Below, in pieces: positions 37,838 through 47,733 of a DNA stretch of 64,000 bases. A model generated the notes under the pieces. The model did not search any database. It saw only the letters and a program-made list of their open reading frames with translations, and was not told where the DNA came from. The DNA is from Myxococcota bacterium (GTDB lineage Bacteria; Myxococcota_A; UBA9160; UBA6930): contig OZ245002.1 in assembly GCA_965223415.1 (NCBI GenBank), positions 4,832,001 through 4,896,000 of the forward strand. Reading direction: 5' to 3'. Each line of letters opens with the position of its first letter. Positions within the stretch are counted from its first letter, which is position 1. The translations under genes and the position numbers were made by a program.

Positions 37838-38533
37838 TCACAGGAACGGGCGGAGCGCCTCCGGACCCAGCAGCACGGCCACCGCGATCGCGCCGTTCGC
37901 CACGGCGTGGGCCAGCACCGGCGCCGCGAGGTGCCCGCGCCGATAGAGCCACAGGTTGAAGGCGATGCCCGTCGGCAGGGCGACCAGCCACTCCCACTGG
38001 GCGTGGGTGAAGGTGAACCAGACCACCGTCACCCAGAAGCTGCGGGCCGCATAACGCGCCATCGGCTGCTTGCGGAAATCCTCTCCGGTATCGATCACGT
38101 CGGCGTAACGAATCAGGAAGCTCCGGACGAAGAGCTCCTCGACGAAGGGCGTCACGACCACGAAGCCCACGAGCCGCAGGCCCAGGGCCAGGGACTCGCG
38201 GCCCGGACCCAGGAGCGCGGCGTCGAAGCCCTCGTCGGAGCCCGGGCGCGGCAGCTCGGCGAAGAGCAGGAACGGGCCCATCCACACGGCGGCGATCGCG
38301 AGGCCCGCCAGTACGTCGGCGAGGCTGCCCGGCCCCAGCGGATAGCCGCGGAGCTCGGGATAGCGGCCGCGCAGCGCGAAGACCACGACCAGGGCGCCGG
38401 GCAGCAGCACCCGCGCGATCAACACGTAGGGAGCGGCGGCCTCGGGAAGGCGCGAGCCGAAATCGGCGATGGCGAGGAAGAGACCGTAGGGGGCGAGATA
38501 GGGCCACCAGCCGTGATCGTTCCCCGCCGTCAT
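37838..38533 (-). CDS. CPBP/CAAX prenyl protease-related intramembrane glutamic protease
   Basis: VVTPFVEELFVRSFLIRY (EExxxR), FTFTH, AHAVAN; multi-TM. Confidence 0.88.
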   Translation of the reverse strand: MTAGNDHGWWPYLAPYGLFLAIADFGSRLPEAAAPYVLIARVLLPGALVVVFALRGRYPELRGYPLGPGSLADVLAGLAIAAVWMGPFLLFAELPRPGSDEGFDAALLGPGRESLALGLRLVGFVVVTPFVEELFVRSFLIRYADVIDTGEDFRKQPMARYAARSFWVTVVWFTFTHAQWEWLVALPTGIAFNLWLYRRGHLAAPVLAHAVANGAIAVAVLLGPEALRPFL

Positions 38534-38588
38534 CCGCTCCCCACCATGGCGCCCCGGGCGGCGGGTGCCAACCCTCTCCGGTTCGGCG

Positions 38589-39329
38589 CTAGGCCGCCGC
38601 CACGGCGAGCAGGGGGATCAGGATCGCGAGACCGATCCCGACCGCGATGCCGACGCCGATCACGAGCAGCAGCGTCACCACCGCGATGCCCAGAGCTCGC
38701 GGGAAGGAGTCGGTGAGCATGGCCCGCAGCACCAGCGCGTTCACCAGGATGCTGAGGCCGATGCTGGCCAGCTGATAGCCGAGGGCTCCGGCGACATCGG
38801 TCGGCTCGGTGGGTCCGGCGACCAGCACCAGGCCCGGGCCTGCCAGCGCGCCGGCGACCGCCTGGACCAGCACGATGCCGTAGGCCTTCTTGAAGCCCGG
38901 GCTCTCCTGGCCGACGACACGACAGCCCATCAGCAGGAACAGGGCGGAAATCGCGACGAGAAGGCCGATCATCGCGAGGAGGGCGAACAGGATGCCGGCG
39001 ATCACGGCCGCGTCGGCGTCCTCCGTCCAGGCCTGGGCCTGCTCCAGCATGTCGCCGGAGAGCTCCGGCGTGTTCCAGCCCTCCGGGGTCTCGCCGGCAG
39101 CGGTTCCGTCCGCCTCGCCGGGAAGGACGCTGAGCCCTTCGAGCTGGCTGAACGGGAGATCCTCGATCTCCTCGCGGCCCAGCACCTGATCGCGGAAGGC
39201 CGGCGGCACCTCCTCGGCGCGGTCCGTGTAGTGGTGCGTGCCGTTGGCATCCACCCAGCGGTAGATCTCGGCCTGGGCGGCGGGAGCCGCGAGACCGGCC
39301 AGGACGAAGCTGACGACCAGGAGCTTCAC
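38589..39329 (-). CDS. DUF4124 domain membrane protein
   Basis: Signal peptide, AEIYRWVDANGTHHYTD, followed by about 4 TM helices. Confidence 0.8.
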   Translation of the reverse strand: MKLLVVSFVLAGLAAPAAQAEIYRWVDANGTHHYTDRAEEVPPAFRDQVLGREEIEDLPFSQLEGLSVLPGEADGTAAGETPEGWNTPELSGDMLEQAQAWTEDADAAVIAGILFALLAMIGLLVAISALFLLMGCRVVGQESPGFKKAYGIVLVQAVAGALAGPGLVLVAGPTEPTDVAGALGYQLASIGLSILVNALVLRAMLTDSFPRALGIAVVTLLLVIGVGIAVGIGLAILIPLLAVAAA

Positions 39330-39389
39330 CTCTCGCCTGTCGACCCCCCGGAGCGCCCCCTTGAGAGGGGGCCGTGCTACCGGTGCGCC

Positions 39390-39941
39390 ATGGTCCCGGC
39401 GCCCCGGAACGTCCCGCTCGCCTTCTGGATCCGTCCAGAGCGGCTGCTCGCCGGCGCCTTCCCCGGCCACGTCCTCCCAGAGGTCGCCGACCGACAGCTG
39501 GGCGCGCTCCTCGATGCCGGAGTGCGCCGGGTGCTCGACCTGATGGAGGAGCCCCCGCGCGGTGCTCCGCCCTACCGCCCGCGCCTCGACGAGCTCGCGG
39601 CCACCCGTGGGCTTCGGGTCGAGGTCGCGCGGATCGGCATCGAAGACCACGACGTGCCGGACGCCGCCGGCCGGGAGGCCCTGGAGCACTGGCTCGACGG
39701 CGTCGTCGCGTGCGAAGGCGCGAGCTACGTGCACTGCTGGGGCGGCCGGGGGCGAACCGGCCTGCTTACGGGGCTCGACCTGCTCCGCACCGGTCGGGCC
39801 GGCAGCGACGACGTCGCATCGGCGATCGCGGCGCTCCGCTGCGGCCTCCCCGGCGTGTCTCCAGAGAGCGACGAGCAGCGCGCGTGGCTCCGGGCCTATC
39901 CGGTCCTCAGGGCGCCAGCCACAGCTGCACGATCGCGGTGA
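39390..39941 (+). CDS. Protein-tyrosine/dual-specificity phosphatase family protein
   Basis: LLAGAFP, IEDHDVP, YVHCWGGRGRTG (HCx5R), SPESDEQ. Confidence 0.88.
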   Translation: MVPAPRNVPLAFWIRPERLLAGAFPGHVLPEVADRQLGALLDAGVRRVLDLMEEPPRGAPPYRPRLDELAATRGLRVEVARIGIEDHDVPDAAGREALEHWLDGVVACEGASYVHCWGGRGRTGLLTGLDLLRTGRAGSDDVASAIAALRCGLPGVSPESDEQRAWLRAYPVLRAPATAARSR

Positions 39942-40479
39942 GCGTGAACAGGCCAGCGGCGCCGAACACCGCGGCCGTGAGCCGGGGCGCGCGGCGTACC
40001 GCCAGGACGAGGCCGCTCGCGGAGAAGGCGACGAGCGCGACCGCGCTCGCGTCGGCGAGGGCCGCCCACAGCACGAAGACGGCGCCCCCGCGGTAGCGAC
40101 GCTGGCCGTGCAGCTCGGCCATCCGGGTCGCCAGGCTCGGCACGCGCACCTGCACCCGGGCGTGATCGGCACCAGGGGCGACCGTCACCGTCGTGTGTCG
40201 GCCCGGACGGCGAAGCACCACCTGGACGCCGCCCTCGTCGCTCCGAACGCGATCCAGCCGGGCGCGGGGATCGAGTCCGACGCCGACGAGGCGGGCGGCC
40301 TCCTCACCGGTCTCGGCGTCGAGCAGCGGACGGCGGCCCTGCTCCGCCTCCCACCTCGTCGTGCCGAAGACGATCGCGGCGCCGGTCAGCGTGTAGAGGA
40401 GCAGCGCCCCCGCCAGCAGCACCGCCGAGAGCTGGTGGAGGGTCAAGAGGGCCCGGGTCCAGCGGAGCCGCCTCCTCAT
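39907..40479 (-). CDS. PepSY-associated TM helix protein
   Basis: LH...LYTLTG N-terminal TM, ELHG, ASGL C-terminal TMs; ATG overlaps upstream stop. Confidence 0.7.
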   Translation of the reverse strand: MRRRLRWTRALLTLHQLSAVLLAGALLLYTLTGAAIVFGTTRWEAEQGRRPLLDAETGEEAARLVGVGLDPRARLDRVRSDEGGVQVVLRRPGRHTTVTVAPGADHARVQVRVPSLATRMAELHGQRRYRGGAVFVLWAALADASAVALVAFSASGLVLAVRRAPRLTAAVFGAAGLFTLTAIVQLWLAP

Positions 40480-41060
40480 GCCGCGAGCCACCCGGCCAGG
40501 ACCAGGATCCCGAGGCACGCCGCGCCGGCGAGCCACGCCCAGCCGGGACGCCGCCGCCACCGGGCGCCTTCCAGCAACACGCCGCTCGCCACGAGGAACG
40601 GGAAGCCGACGAACGACAGCTGGGTGTAGAGCCCCCAGGCCGGCCCCCAGAACGATCCGGGCAACGCGTGCAGCCCGTGAAGCCCCGTCACCACGCCGAG
40701 CAGCCCTCCGTCGCGCAGGCGCACGTGAACCTCTTGCGCCGCCGGATCCCACTCCGCGTCGTAGACCCGCCCGGGCCGCACGACGCGGAACCGCAGGCGA
40801 CCGTCCGGTTCGGTCTCGACGCGCCAGGGCGGAACGTGGCCCACCCAGCCGAGCGCGTCTCTCGCGGCCACCGCCCGGGCCTCCGACGTCTCGGCAGCCG
40901 GAACCGCGAGCGGCTCCCGCCACTCCCGACGCCCGGCCGGCGCCCAATCCGGGTGGCTCAGCAGGAGCGAGCTGACGCCGTAGACGAGGGCATAGGGAGC
41001 GAGCAGCGCGCCGACGGTGAGATGCCACACGACCCAGCGCCGGCGCCAACGGGGAGACAT
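40476..41060 (-). CDS. PepSY-associated TM helix protein (paralogue of neighbour)
   Basis: WHLTVG...YGVSSLLLSH, GLHGLH, ASGV. Confidence 0.7.
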   Translation of the reverse strand: MSPRWRRRWVVWHLTVGALLAPYALVYGVSSLLLSHPDWAPAGRREWREPLAVPAAETSEARAVAARDALGWVGHVPPWRVETEPDGRLRFRVVRPGRVYDAEWDPAAQEVHVRLRDGGLLGVVTGLHGLHALPGSFWGPAWGLYTQLSFVGFPFLVASGVLLEGARWRRRPGWAWLAGAACLGILVLAGWLAA

Positions 41061-41119
41061 CCGGCGAAGAGTAGGGAGTCGCGGCCCGTCTGATAGGCTG
41101 GCTCGACCGGGAGACGAAG

Positions 41120-41785
41120 ATGACGCGTGTGCGACGCCCCGCCTGGATCCCGCTGCTGCTGCTCCTCCTCCTCGCCGCGCCGGCGCTGCCGGCACCGCCG
41201 GGCGAGACGCCCATCGAGGACGTGCTCCAGATCGTCGCCCTCGACCGGGAGCTCATCGCGATCGACGGGGCAAGCGGCCACGAGCTGTCCCTGCGGCTCG
41301 AGATCGGCGAGCGGCTGATCGGCCGACACACCCGGGGCCGCGTCGGCGTGGTCGTGACCGATCGCCGCATCCTCGCCGTCGGGGTCGGCTCGGGCAGCTG
41401 GCAGCGGGAGCGCCTTCGCCACGGCGAGGCGCTCCTGGAGCCGCCGCTGCTGGGCGATCGGGTGGCCCTCGTCCTCACCACCCGCCGCGCCCTCGGCTTC
41501 GACGGCGGCAGCCGCAACCTCGTGGAGAAGGACCTCGGGCCCCGGGAGAAGCCCCGCCTGCGTGCGGTGGGGGCGAACGTCGCGATCCTGGCGACCGGGC
41601 GGCGCGCGCTCGGCCTCTCTCCCTTCCGCGGCGGCTTCTTCGAGATCGGGCTGCGCCTGAACGAGGCGCTGGAGGGCGCCGAAGCCGGCGGGAACCTGGC
41701 CACTCTCACCACCTCCCAGCGGCTGCTCACCTTCAAGGCGGCCAGCGGCCATTGGAGCGAGCGCCAGCTGGGCCTCGGCTTCTAG
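41120..41785 (+). CDS. Secreted beta-repeat hypothetical protein
   Basis: Signal peptide; ~41-aa repeats VVTDRRILAV / VLTTRRALGF / LATGRRALGL / LTTSQRLLTF. Confidence 0.7.
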   Translation: MTRVRRPAWIPLLLLLLLAAPALPAPPGETPIEDVLQIVALDRELIAIDGASGHELSLRLEIGERLIGRHTRGRVGVVVTDRRILAVGVGSGSWQRERLRHGEALLEPPLLGDRVALVLTTRRALGFDGGSRNLVEKDLGPREKPRLRAVGANVAILATGRRALGLSPFRGGFFEIGLRLNEALEGAEAGGNLATLTTSQRLLTFKAASGHWSERQLGLGF

Positions 41786-41792
41786 GTGGCGG

Positions 41793-42881
41793 TCACAGCC
41801 CGCTCAGGTCCTCCGGCGGGCCGGCGCGGAGGTCCACCCGGGCACCGGTGCGCGCCGATTGGTAGGCGGCGGCGATCACCTCGAGCACGTCGCGCCCGGC
41901 CTGGCCGTCGGCGGGAAGCTCGCCGCCGCCGCGGAAGGCCTCGAGAGTCGCGTCGATCAGGCGACGGGTAGCATCCATGGGCGCGTTTCGCGGATTGCGC
42001 TCCAGGTGACTGCGGTCGGTGCCGCACTCGCTCCAGGCGATGCCCTCGGCGCCGAGCTCGACGCGCAGGTGGGGCCGGGTGGAGCGGTAGAGCCCGGCTG
42101 ACACCCGGGCGCGGCCGCCGTAGGAGGCGCGCAGGGTGGTCTCCTCGCAATCGGCCCGCACCTCGAAGTACTGGGTGTTCACGTGGGAGAGCCGGTTCTG
42201 GGTCACCTGGGCGAGCCGGCCGCCGGAGAACTCGAGGGTGACGAAGGCGACGGCGTCGCTCGCTTCCTCGCGGGCGCCGCAGCTCGACGTCGCCGCGGAG
42301 ACTGCGACGGGCTTCTCCCCGAATAGGAAGAGCAGATAGTCCACCAGGTGGAGGCCTGCCTCGTAGAGCACGCCGGAGAGCAGCTGGCCGCGCCAGCCCG
42401 GCTCCCTCCAGGGCGGCAGGTCCATGCACTGCCACGCCTGCGCCGTGACCAGGCCGCCGACCCCGGCCTCCCCGATGCGATCCTGGAGAGCGCGGAAGAT
42501 GGGCATGCAGCGGAACTCGTGGTTCAGGGCCAGGCGCCCGGTACCGGCGTCGGCAGCCGCCAGGATGCGATCCGCCTCGGCCAGGCTCGGCGCGAGGGGC
42601 TTCTCGCAGAGCACGTGGACGCCGGCCTCGAGGGCGGCGATGCAGACCGGCACGTGAGCCGCCGGCGGGGTCGCCACGACGATCACCTCGGGGGCCGTCG
42701 CGGCGAGCATCTCGGACAGGTCGGCGAAGGTGCGCAGACCGAAGTCCCGGCCGGCGGCCTCCCGCAGCGCTCCATCGAGATCGCAGCCACCCAGCAGCTC
42801 CGCGCCGGGAAGCGAAGCCAGGGCCGGCAGGTGCATGGCCCTCGCCGCGTTGCCGAGGCCCACCACGGCCACCTTCGTCAT
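41793..42881 (-). CDS. Gfo/Idh/MocA family oxidoreductase
   Basis: VAVVGLGNAA, VATPPAAH, HVLCEKPLA, EAGLHLVD. Confidence 0.92.
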   Translation of the reverse strand: MTKVAVVGLGNAARAMHLPALASLPGAELLGGCDLDGALREAAGRDFGLRTFADLSEMLAATAPEVIVVATPPAAHVPVCIAALEAGVHVLCEKPLAPSLAEADRILAAADAGTGRLALNHEFRCMPIFRALQDRIGEAGVGGLVTAQAWQCMDLPPWREPGWRGQLLSGVLYEAGLHLVDYLLFLFGEKPVAVSAATSSCGAREEASDAVAFVTLEFSGGRLAQVTQNRLSHVNTQYFEVRADCEETTLRASYGGRARVSAGLYRSTRPHLRVELGAEGIAWSECGTDRSHLERNPRNAPMDATRRLIDATLEAFRGGGELPADGQAGRDVLEVIAAAYQSARTGARVDLRAGPPEDLSGL

Positions 42882-42897
42882 CGATTCCCCCATGGCT

Positions 42898-43800
42898 TCA
42901 ACACACCCGGGCCAGCGCGCCGCCATCACCGAGCCAGGCCCCGACCACCTCGCCCGCGGCCCAGGACGACACGAAGAGCGCCAGGAGCGGCAGCGACTTG
43001 ACGAGGTCTCCCTGCAGCCGGCCGGAGGCTCGCACCGCCTTCACCGTCCGCCACAGGAGCAGCGGCGGGAGTGCGAACGCGGCGGCGCCGTAGGCGAGGC
43101 GCCCGGCCGCGCTCTGACCCTCGGCCCGCATGGCGGCGTAGGAGCGCGCGTAGAGGAAGCGCTGGGAGAAGTACTCCCAGAACGTGTAGTGCTTCTTGTG
43201 GCCCACGCCGATCTCGGGGTGCGAGTGCAGGGTGACGCCCGCCTCGCGCATCGCGTCGTGGAGCCGGTTCTCCCAGCGACCCTCGGCGAGCACCGGGGCG
43301 AAGCGCTCGAGGAGCGCCCGCCGGTAGGTGACGTTGTTGCCCGTGAGCCACTCCGAGGGCCCCTCCGGCGGCGCCAGGCATGCGGCGTACTCGCAGAGGA
43401 ACGCGGCGCGGTCGATGAAGCGCACGTCGGCGGCGTTGTCCACGCGCCCGCCCACCACTTCCTCACCGGCGGCCTGGAGGACGAGCATGCGCCCGGCCCA
43501 GTCGGGAGGCACGCGCACGTGGTCTTCGATCACGCCGACCACCTCTGCCCGGGCGGCCTCGAAGGCGAGGCGGCGCATCTCGGGGATCGTGGTGGGCGGC
43601 GGGACCTCGAGAACGCGCACGTCGGGAAAGCGCTCGCGAAGGGGCGCCCTCACCGCTTCGCCGAGCCGGTCGACCACGAGCAGCTCGAGGGCGTGCCCGC
43701 CTTCCTGGGCCTGGAGCGCCTCCACTGCACCCTCCAGGTCCCCCCAGCCGTTGACCGAGGGAATCACGACGCTGAGCTGCGGCGGGGTCTCAGGCGGCAC
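42898..43800 (-). CDS. Glycosyltransferase family 2
   Basis: LSVVIPS, VIEDHV, VGGRVDN, FLCEY, GNNVTYRR. Confidence 0.85.
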   Translation of the reverse strand: MPPETPPQLSVVIPSVNGWGDLEGAVEALQAQEGGHALELLVVDRLGEAVRAPLRERFPDVRVLEVPPPTTIPEMRRLAFEAARAEVVGVIEDHVRVPPDWAGRMLVLQAAGEEVVGGRVDNAADVRFIDRAAFLCEYAACLAPPEGPSEWLTGNNVTYRRALLERFAPVLAEGRWENRLHDAMREAGVTLHSHPEIGVGHKKHYTFWEYFSQRFLYARSYAAMRAEGQSAAGRLAYGAAAFALPPLLLWRTVKAVRASGRLQGDLVKSLPLLALFVSSWAAGEVVGAWLGDGGALARVC

Positions 43801-44668
43801 GCGCCACCTCGGCCGGCCCGCGGGCGTAACCGGCGGCCTCTCCGACCGACCAGGCCGCGAGGAAGGTCAGCGTGAAGGGCAGCGCGCGCAGGAACTCGCC
43901 TTCGCGCCCGTGGCGGGCGGCCGCCGCGACCCGGCGCAGCAGCAGGAACGGCAGGAGGGGTGTCGCGGCCAGGTAGGGCCAGCGGCGAATGGAGCCCTCG
44001 TCCACCAGGCGGCGGCGGGCGTAGGCGAAGCCGTGGTCGAAGCGGTCCCGGCAAAAAGCGCCCAACGCATAGCGGTGGTTCTGGTGGACGAGGGCGTCCG
44101 GCGCGAAGGCCACGGCGGTGTCCCTCGCCGCGAGACGCTCGTTCGCGACGTTCTCCCACAACCCCTCCCGGAACCAGCCGCCGATCTCCCGGGCGAGCTC
44201 GCCCGCGTAGGAAACGTTGGCCCCGGTCGGTGCAATCGGGGCTCCCGGCCCGGCAGCCTGCGGACCGAAGAAGCCGTACTCGGCGAAGAAGGCGCCGCAG
44301 TCGATGGCCCGATCGGTGCGCGCGTTGCCCATGGCGCCGCCGACCACCCGGGCGCCGGCGTCGTGGGCTCGCTCCAGGGCTTCGAGCCAGCCGGGCTGGG
44401 GCACGCAGTGATCCTCGGTGAGGGCGACCCTCTCGCCGGCGCAGGCGCCGAGGGCGAGGCCCCGCAGAAGCGGCACCGAGGCGTCGCCCGGCGCCTCCAC
44501 GAAACGCACCCCTGCGGGCTCCGGGGGGACGGCCGGCCCGTCGCCGGCCCGGGCGACCACGACCTCCGCCCCGCGCGCGCGCGCCTGGGGGAGGATCCCC
44601 TCCAGGCATGCGTCCAGCAGGCCGCGTTCGCGAAACGACGCGACGGCCACGGACCAGCTGCTGCCCAC
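43790..44668 (-). CDS. Glycosyltransferase family 2 (paralogue of neighbour)
   Basis: SVAVASF, LTEDHC, VGGAMGN, FFAEY, GANVSY; start estimated. Confidence 0.82.
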   Translation of the reverse strand: MGSSWSVAVASFRERGLLDACLEGILPQARARGAEVVVARAGDGPAVPPEPAGVRFVEAPGDASVPLLRGLALGACAGERVALTEDHCVPQPGWLEALERAHDAGARVVGGAMGNARTDRAIDCGAFFAEYGFFGPQAAGPGAPIAPTGANVSYAGELAREIGGWFREGLWENVANERLAARDTAVAFAPDALVHQNHRYALGAFCRDRFDHGFAYARRRLVDEGSIRRWPYLAATPLLPFLLLRRVAAAARHGREGEFLRALPFTLTFLAAWSVGEAAGYARGPAEVARAA

Positions 44669-44801
44669 CAGGAAGGAACCTCCAGGCTGCGAGGCGAGGG
44701 GAGAGTAGTGGTTTCGGTACGGCGGCGAGAGCGCTGAAGCCTGTCGCGAGCGCCGCCGGCGCCGTGCTGAAGCCGCCGCGCCGATCGGCCGACCGGGAGG
44801 C

Positions 44802-45725
44802 ATGCGATGTCCGCGCTGTGACCACGAGCAGGTCTTTCCGGGCGCCGAGTGCGAGCGCTGCGGGATCGTGTTCGCGCGCTGGCGGACGGACGCCCCCGGC
44901 GACACGCGCAGGAGGAAGGACGCCCCGGGCGACGCGCCCGGGCCGATCCGGCACGCGGCTTCCGCTTCCCGACCGCCCCTCGAGCCCGCCGCTCGCCGTG
45001 CACTCGGAGTCGGCCTCACCCTCGCGCTCGCGACGCAGCTCGCGCCCGTGCTCCAGATGCTCATCCAATACATGGTCGTGCTGGTCCACGAGCTGGGTCA
45101 CGCGGCCGCCGGTTGGCTGTTCGGGTTCCCCTCGGTTCCCGCCTTCGACTTCATGTACGGCGGTGGGGTGACCACCCATGCGGAGCGCTCCAAGACCCTG
45201 GTGCTGCTCGTGCTCGGGGCTGGGGGCTTCGGCCTATGGAGCCTCCGCGAGCACCCGCGCCTCATGCGCTTCGGGCTCGCCACTTGCGGTCTCTACCTGC
45301 TCGCGATCGGCGTGGGCGCGGACGAGGCCCTGATCCTCGCCATGGGGCACGGGGCGGAGCTCGGGTTCGCGGGGCTCTTCTTCTACCGGGCCCTCACCGG
45401 CTCGGGCTGTCACCTGGAGGCGGAGCGTCCGCTCTACGCCTGGCTCGCCGGCCACATCGTGCTGTTCGACCTGCGCTTCGCCTGGGGTCTGGCGACCAGC
45501 GCCGCGGAGCGCGCTCGCTACGGGGCCGCCAAGGGCGGCGGCCACTGGATGGACTTCTCCCGGCTGGCGGACGAGGTGCTCCACGTGCCCCTCGAGGGCC
45601 TGGCGGTCGCCTTCGGCCTGCTATGCCTGGTGCCGCTTCCGCTGGCCTGGCGCCTGGCGCGACGCCCGCGCGGGAGCGAGGAGCTGCCCGCGGTCGCCGA
45701 CGAGCCGATCCCTTCGCTGGGCTAG
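44802..45725 (+). CDS. Zinc-ribbon membrane protein with HExxH (M50-like peptidase)
   Basis: CPRC..CERC N-terminus; VHELGH in TM region; HWMDF. Confidence 0.72.
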   Translation: MRCPRCDHEQVFPGAECERCGIVFARWRTDAPGDTRRRKDAPGDAPGPIRHAASASRPPLEPAARRALGVGLTLALATQLAPVLQMLIQYMVVLVHELGHAAAGWLFGFPSVPAFDFMYGGGVTTHAERSKTLVLLVLGAGGFGLWSLREHPRLMRFGLATCGLYLLAIGVGADEALILAMGHGAELGFAGLFFYRALTGSGCHLEAERPLYAWLAGHIVLFDLRFAWGLATSAAERARYGAAKGGGHWMDFSRLADEVLHVPLEGLAVAFGLLCLVPLPLAWRLARRPRGSEELPAVADEPIPSLG

Positions 45726-45759
45726 GCTCGCCCGCCATGCCGGCGACGACCGCGGGACC

Positions 45760-47073
45760 ATGAGCGACGCGCCGGACGAACAGGTCGCGCACACCGCCGA
45801 GACCCCACCCGGCTGGCGGCGCGAGGGCGTGGCCGGAATCACCACGTTCCTCACCCTCGCCTACATCGTCGTGGTCAACCCGACCATCCTCGCGGCGGAG
45901 GGCACCGGCATTCCCTTCGACGGCGCCGTCACCGCGACGGTGCTGCTGGCGGCGGGTGCGACCCTCCTGATGGGAATCCACGCCCGCCTGCCCTACGCGG
46001 TGGCGCCGGGCATGGGGCTGAACGCCTTCCTCGCCTACGGCCTCGTGCTGGGCCGCGACATCCCATGGCCGGTCGCCCTCGGCATGGTCTTCTGGTCCGG
46101 CGTCGTCTTCCTCGTGCTCTCGCTCACGCCGCTGCGCGAGGCGATCGTCCGCGCCATCCCGCCCTCGCTGCGGGCCGCGGCGGCGGCGGGGATCGGGCTC
46201 TTCCTGGCCTTCCTCGGTCTCCGCAACGGTGGCGTCGTCGTCGCACACCCGAGCACCCTGGTCGCTTTCGGCGGGCTCTCCTTCCCGGTGTTGATGACCG
46301 TCGCCGGCGTGGCCACCGCCCTCTTCGGCCTGCAACGTCGCAGTCCGTGGGCGTTCCTGGGCAGCGTGGCCCTCACGACGGCCCTCGCCGCCGGCACGGG
46401 CCGCATCGACCTGCCCGAGACTTGGCTCCGTGCTCCGGACTTCTCCCTGCTGGGCGCCCTCGATCCGGTCGGCGCCCTCGAGCTGGCGCTGCTCCCGGCC
46501 ATCGTCGCCCTCTTCTTCACCGACCTCTTCGACTCCCTCTCCACCTTCGTGGGCGTGTCGAAGGCCACGGGGATGGTCGACGGACGGGGCGAGCCGCTCC
46601 GGCTGCGAGAGGGCCTGCGGGTGGACGCGCTGGCCACCCTCGGAGCCGGGCTCCTGGGGACGTCGTCGGGGACGACCTTCATCGAGAGCGCCGCGGGCAT
46701 CGAGGCCGGCGGCCGGAGCGGGCGGACGGCCATCGTCACCGCGGCCTGCCTGCTCCCCTGCCTGTTCGTCGCGCCATTGGCAGCGGCCGTGCCGGCCTAC
46801 GCGACGGCCCCGGTGCTGATCGTGGTCGGCGGCCTGCTGTTCCGCAGCGTGGCGGAGCTCTCGGGGGCGACGCCGGAGGAGCTCTTCCCGGCCTTCCTCA
46901 CCGTGATCCTGATCCCGCTCACCTTCTCGATCACCCAGGGCGTCCTGTGGGGCCTCGTCGCCCACGCTGCGCTCTTCGCCCTGGCGGGCCGGCGTCGGGA
47001 GCTCTCCCCGGTGACGATGGCCCTCGCCGTCCTGTGCGCCCTGCTCCTCGCGCTCGACGCCATCGCGCGCTGA
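45760..47073 (+). CDS. NCS2/AzgA family purine permease
   Basis: GITTFLTLAYIVVVNPTIL, APGMGLNAF, GIGLFL, FIESAAGIEAGGRSG, IPLTFSITQG. Confidence 0.93.
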   Translation: MSDAPDEQVAHTAETPPGWRREGVAGITTFLTLAYIVVVNPTILAAEGTGIPFDGAVTATVLLAAGATLLMGIHARLPYAVAPGMGLNAFLAYGLVLGRDIPWPVALGMVFWSGVVFLVLSLTPLREAIVRAIPPSLRAAAAAGIGLFLAFLGLRNGGVVVAHPSTLVAFGGLSFPVLMTVAGVATALFGLQRRSPWAFLGSVALTTALAAGTGRIDLPETWLRAPDFSLLGALDPVGALELALLPAIVALFFTDLFDSLSTFVGVSKATGMVDGRGEPLRLREGLRVDALATLGAGLLGTSSGTTFIESAAGIEAGGRSGRTAIVTAACLLPCLFVAPLAAAVPAYATAPVLIVVGGLLFRSVAELSGATPEELFPAFLTVILIPLTFSITQGVLWGLVAHAALFALAGRRRELSPVTMALAVLCALLLALDAIAR

Positions 47074-47075
47074 CG

Positions 47076-47633
47076 CTAGGCGGAGACCGGGGCGAAGCAG
47101 ACCACGGTCACCGCGACGGCGGGCCTTCGGGCGTCGAGGTTGCGGTAGACGTGGCGCTGGTCGCCGCGGAAGACCAGGGCGTCGCCGGCGGCGAGCTGCC
47201 AGCGCTCGCCGGAGGCGACCAGCTCGAGCTTGCCGCGCTCGCAGGTCAGGTACTCCCGGGTGCCCGCGGTGTGCGGAACGCCCGGCATCTGCCCGCCCGG
47301 CGCGAGCTCCATGCGGGAGATGTCGAGGCCGGGAATGGGCTCGGGGAGAAGCGGCCGCAGGGTCGCGCCCGAGCGCTTGCGCGCCTTCACGTCGGCGGCC
47401 TTCACCAGTCGCGCCGCCGTGCGCGGAGCGCCGATCAGCTCCTCGATCGAGACCTGGAGGGCCGCCGCCGCCCGGCTCAGCACGCTCAGCGTCGGATTCG
47501 CCGAGCCCGACTCCAGACTGGCCCAGGTCGGCCGGGGAATGCCGGAGAGCTGCGCCATCTTCTGCTGGGAGAGGCCACGGGCCTCCCGCAGCCGGCGGGC
47601 GTTGGTGGCCAAGTTGGCTCGTGAATCGTCCAT
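47076..47633 (-). CDS. XRE-family HTH transcriptional regulator with cupin domain
   Basis: RRLREARGLSQ...LESGSANPTL; PHTAGTREYL...GDQRHVYRN. Confidence 0.92.
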   Translation of the reverse strand: MDDSRANLATNARRLREARGLSQQKMAQLSGIPRPTWASLESGSANPTLSVLSRAAAALQVSIEELIGAPRTAARLVKAADVKARKRSGATLRPLLPEPIPGLDISRMELAPGGQMPGVPHTAGTREYLTCERGKLELVASGERWQLAAGDALVFRGDQRHVYRNLDARRPAVAVTVVCFAPVSA

Positions 47634-47733
47634 CCGGACGATGAAGTAGCATCCTGCCAGCGAAATAGCCATTCGGTCGAAACAGCGACCATCTCGACCG
47701 ATGCTCCCGGAGCGCACCCAGGGAGAACCACCA

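Noticed and set aside
39907..41060. Tandem PepSY-TM pair as a novel system
   Set aside because: Common paralogous membrane proteins with no further supporting context here
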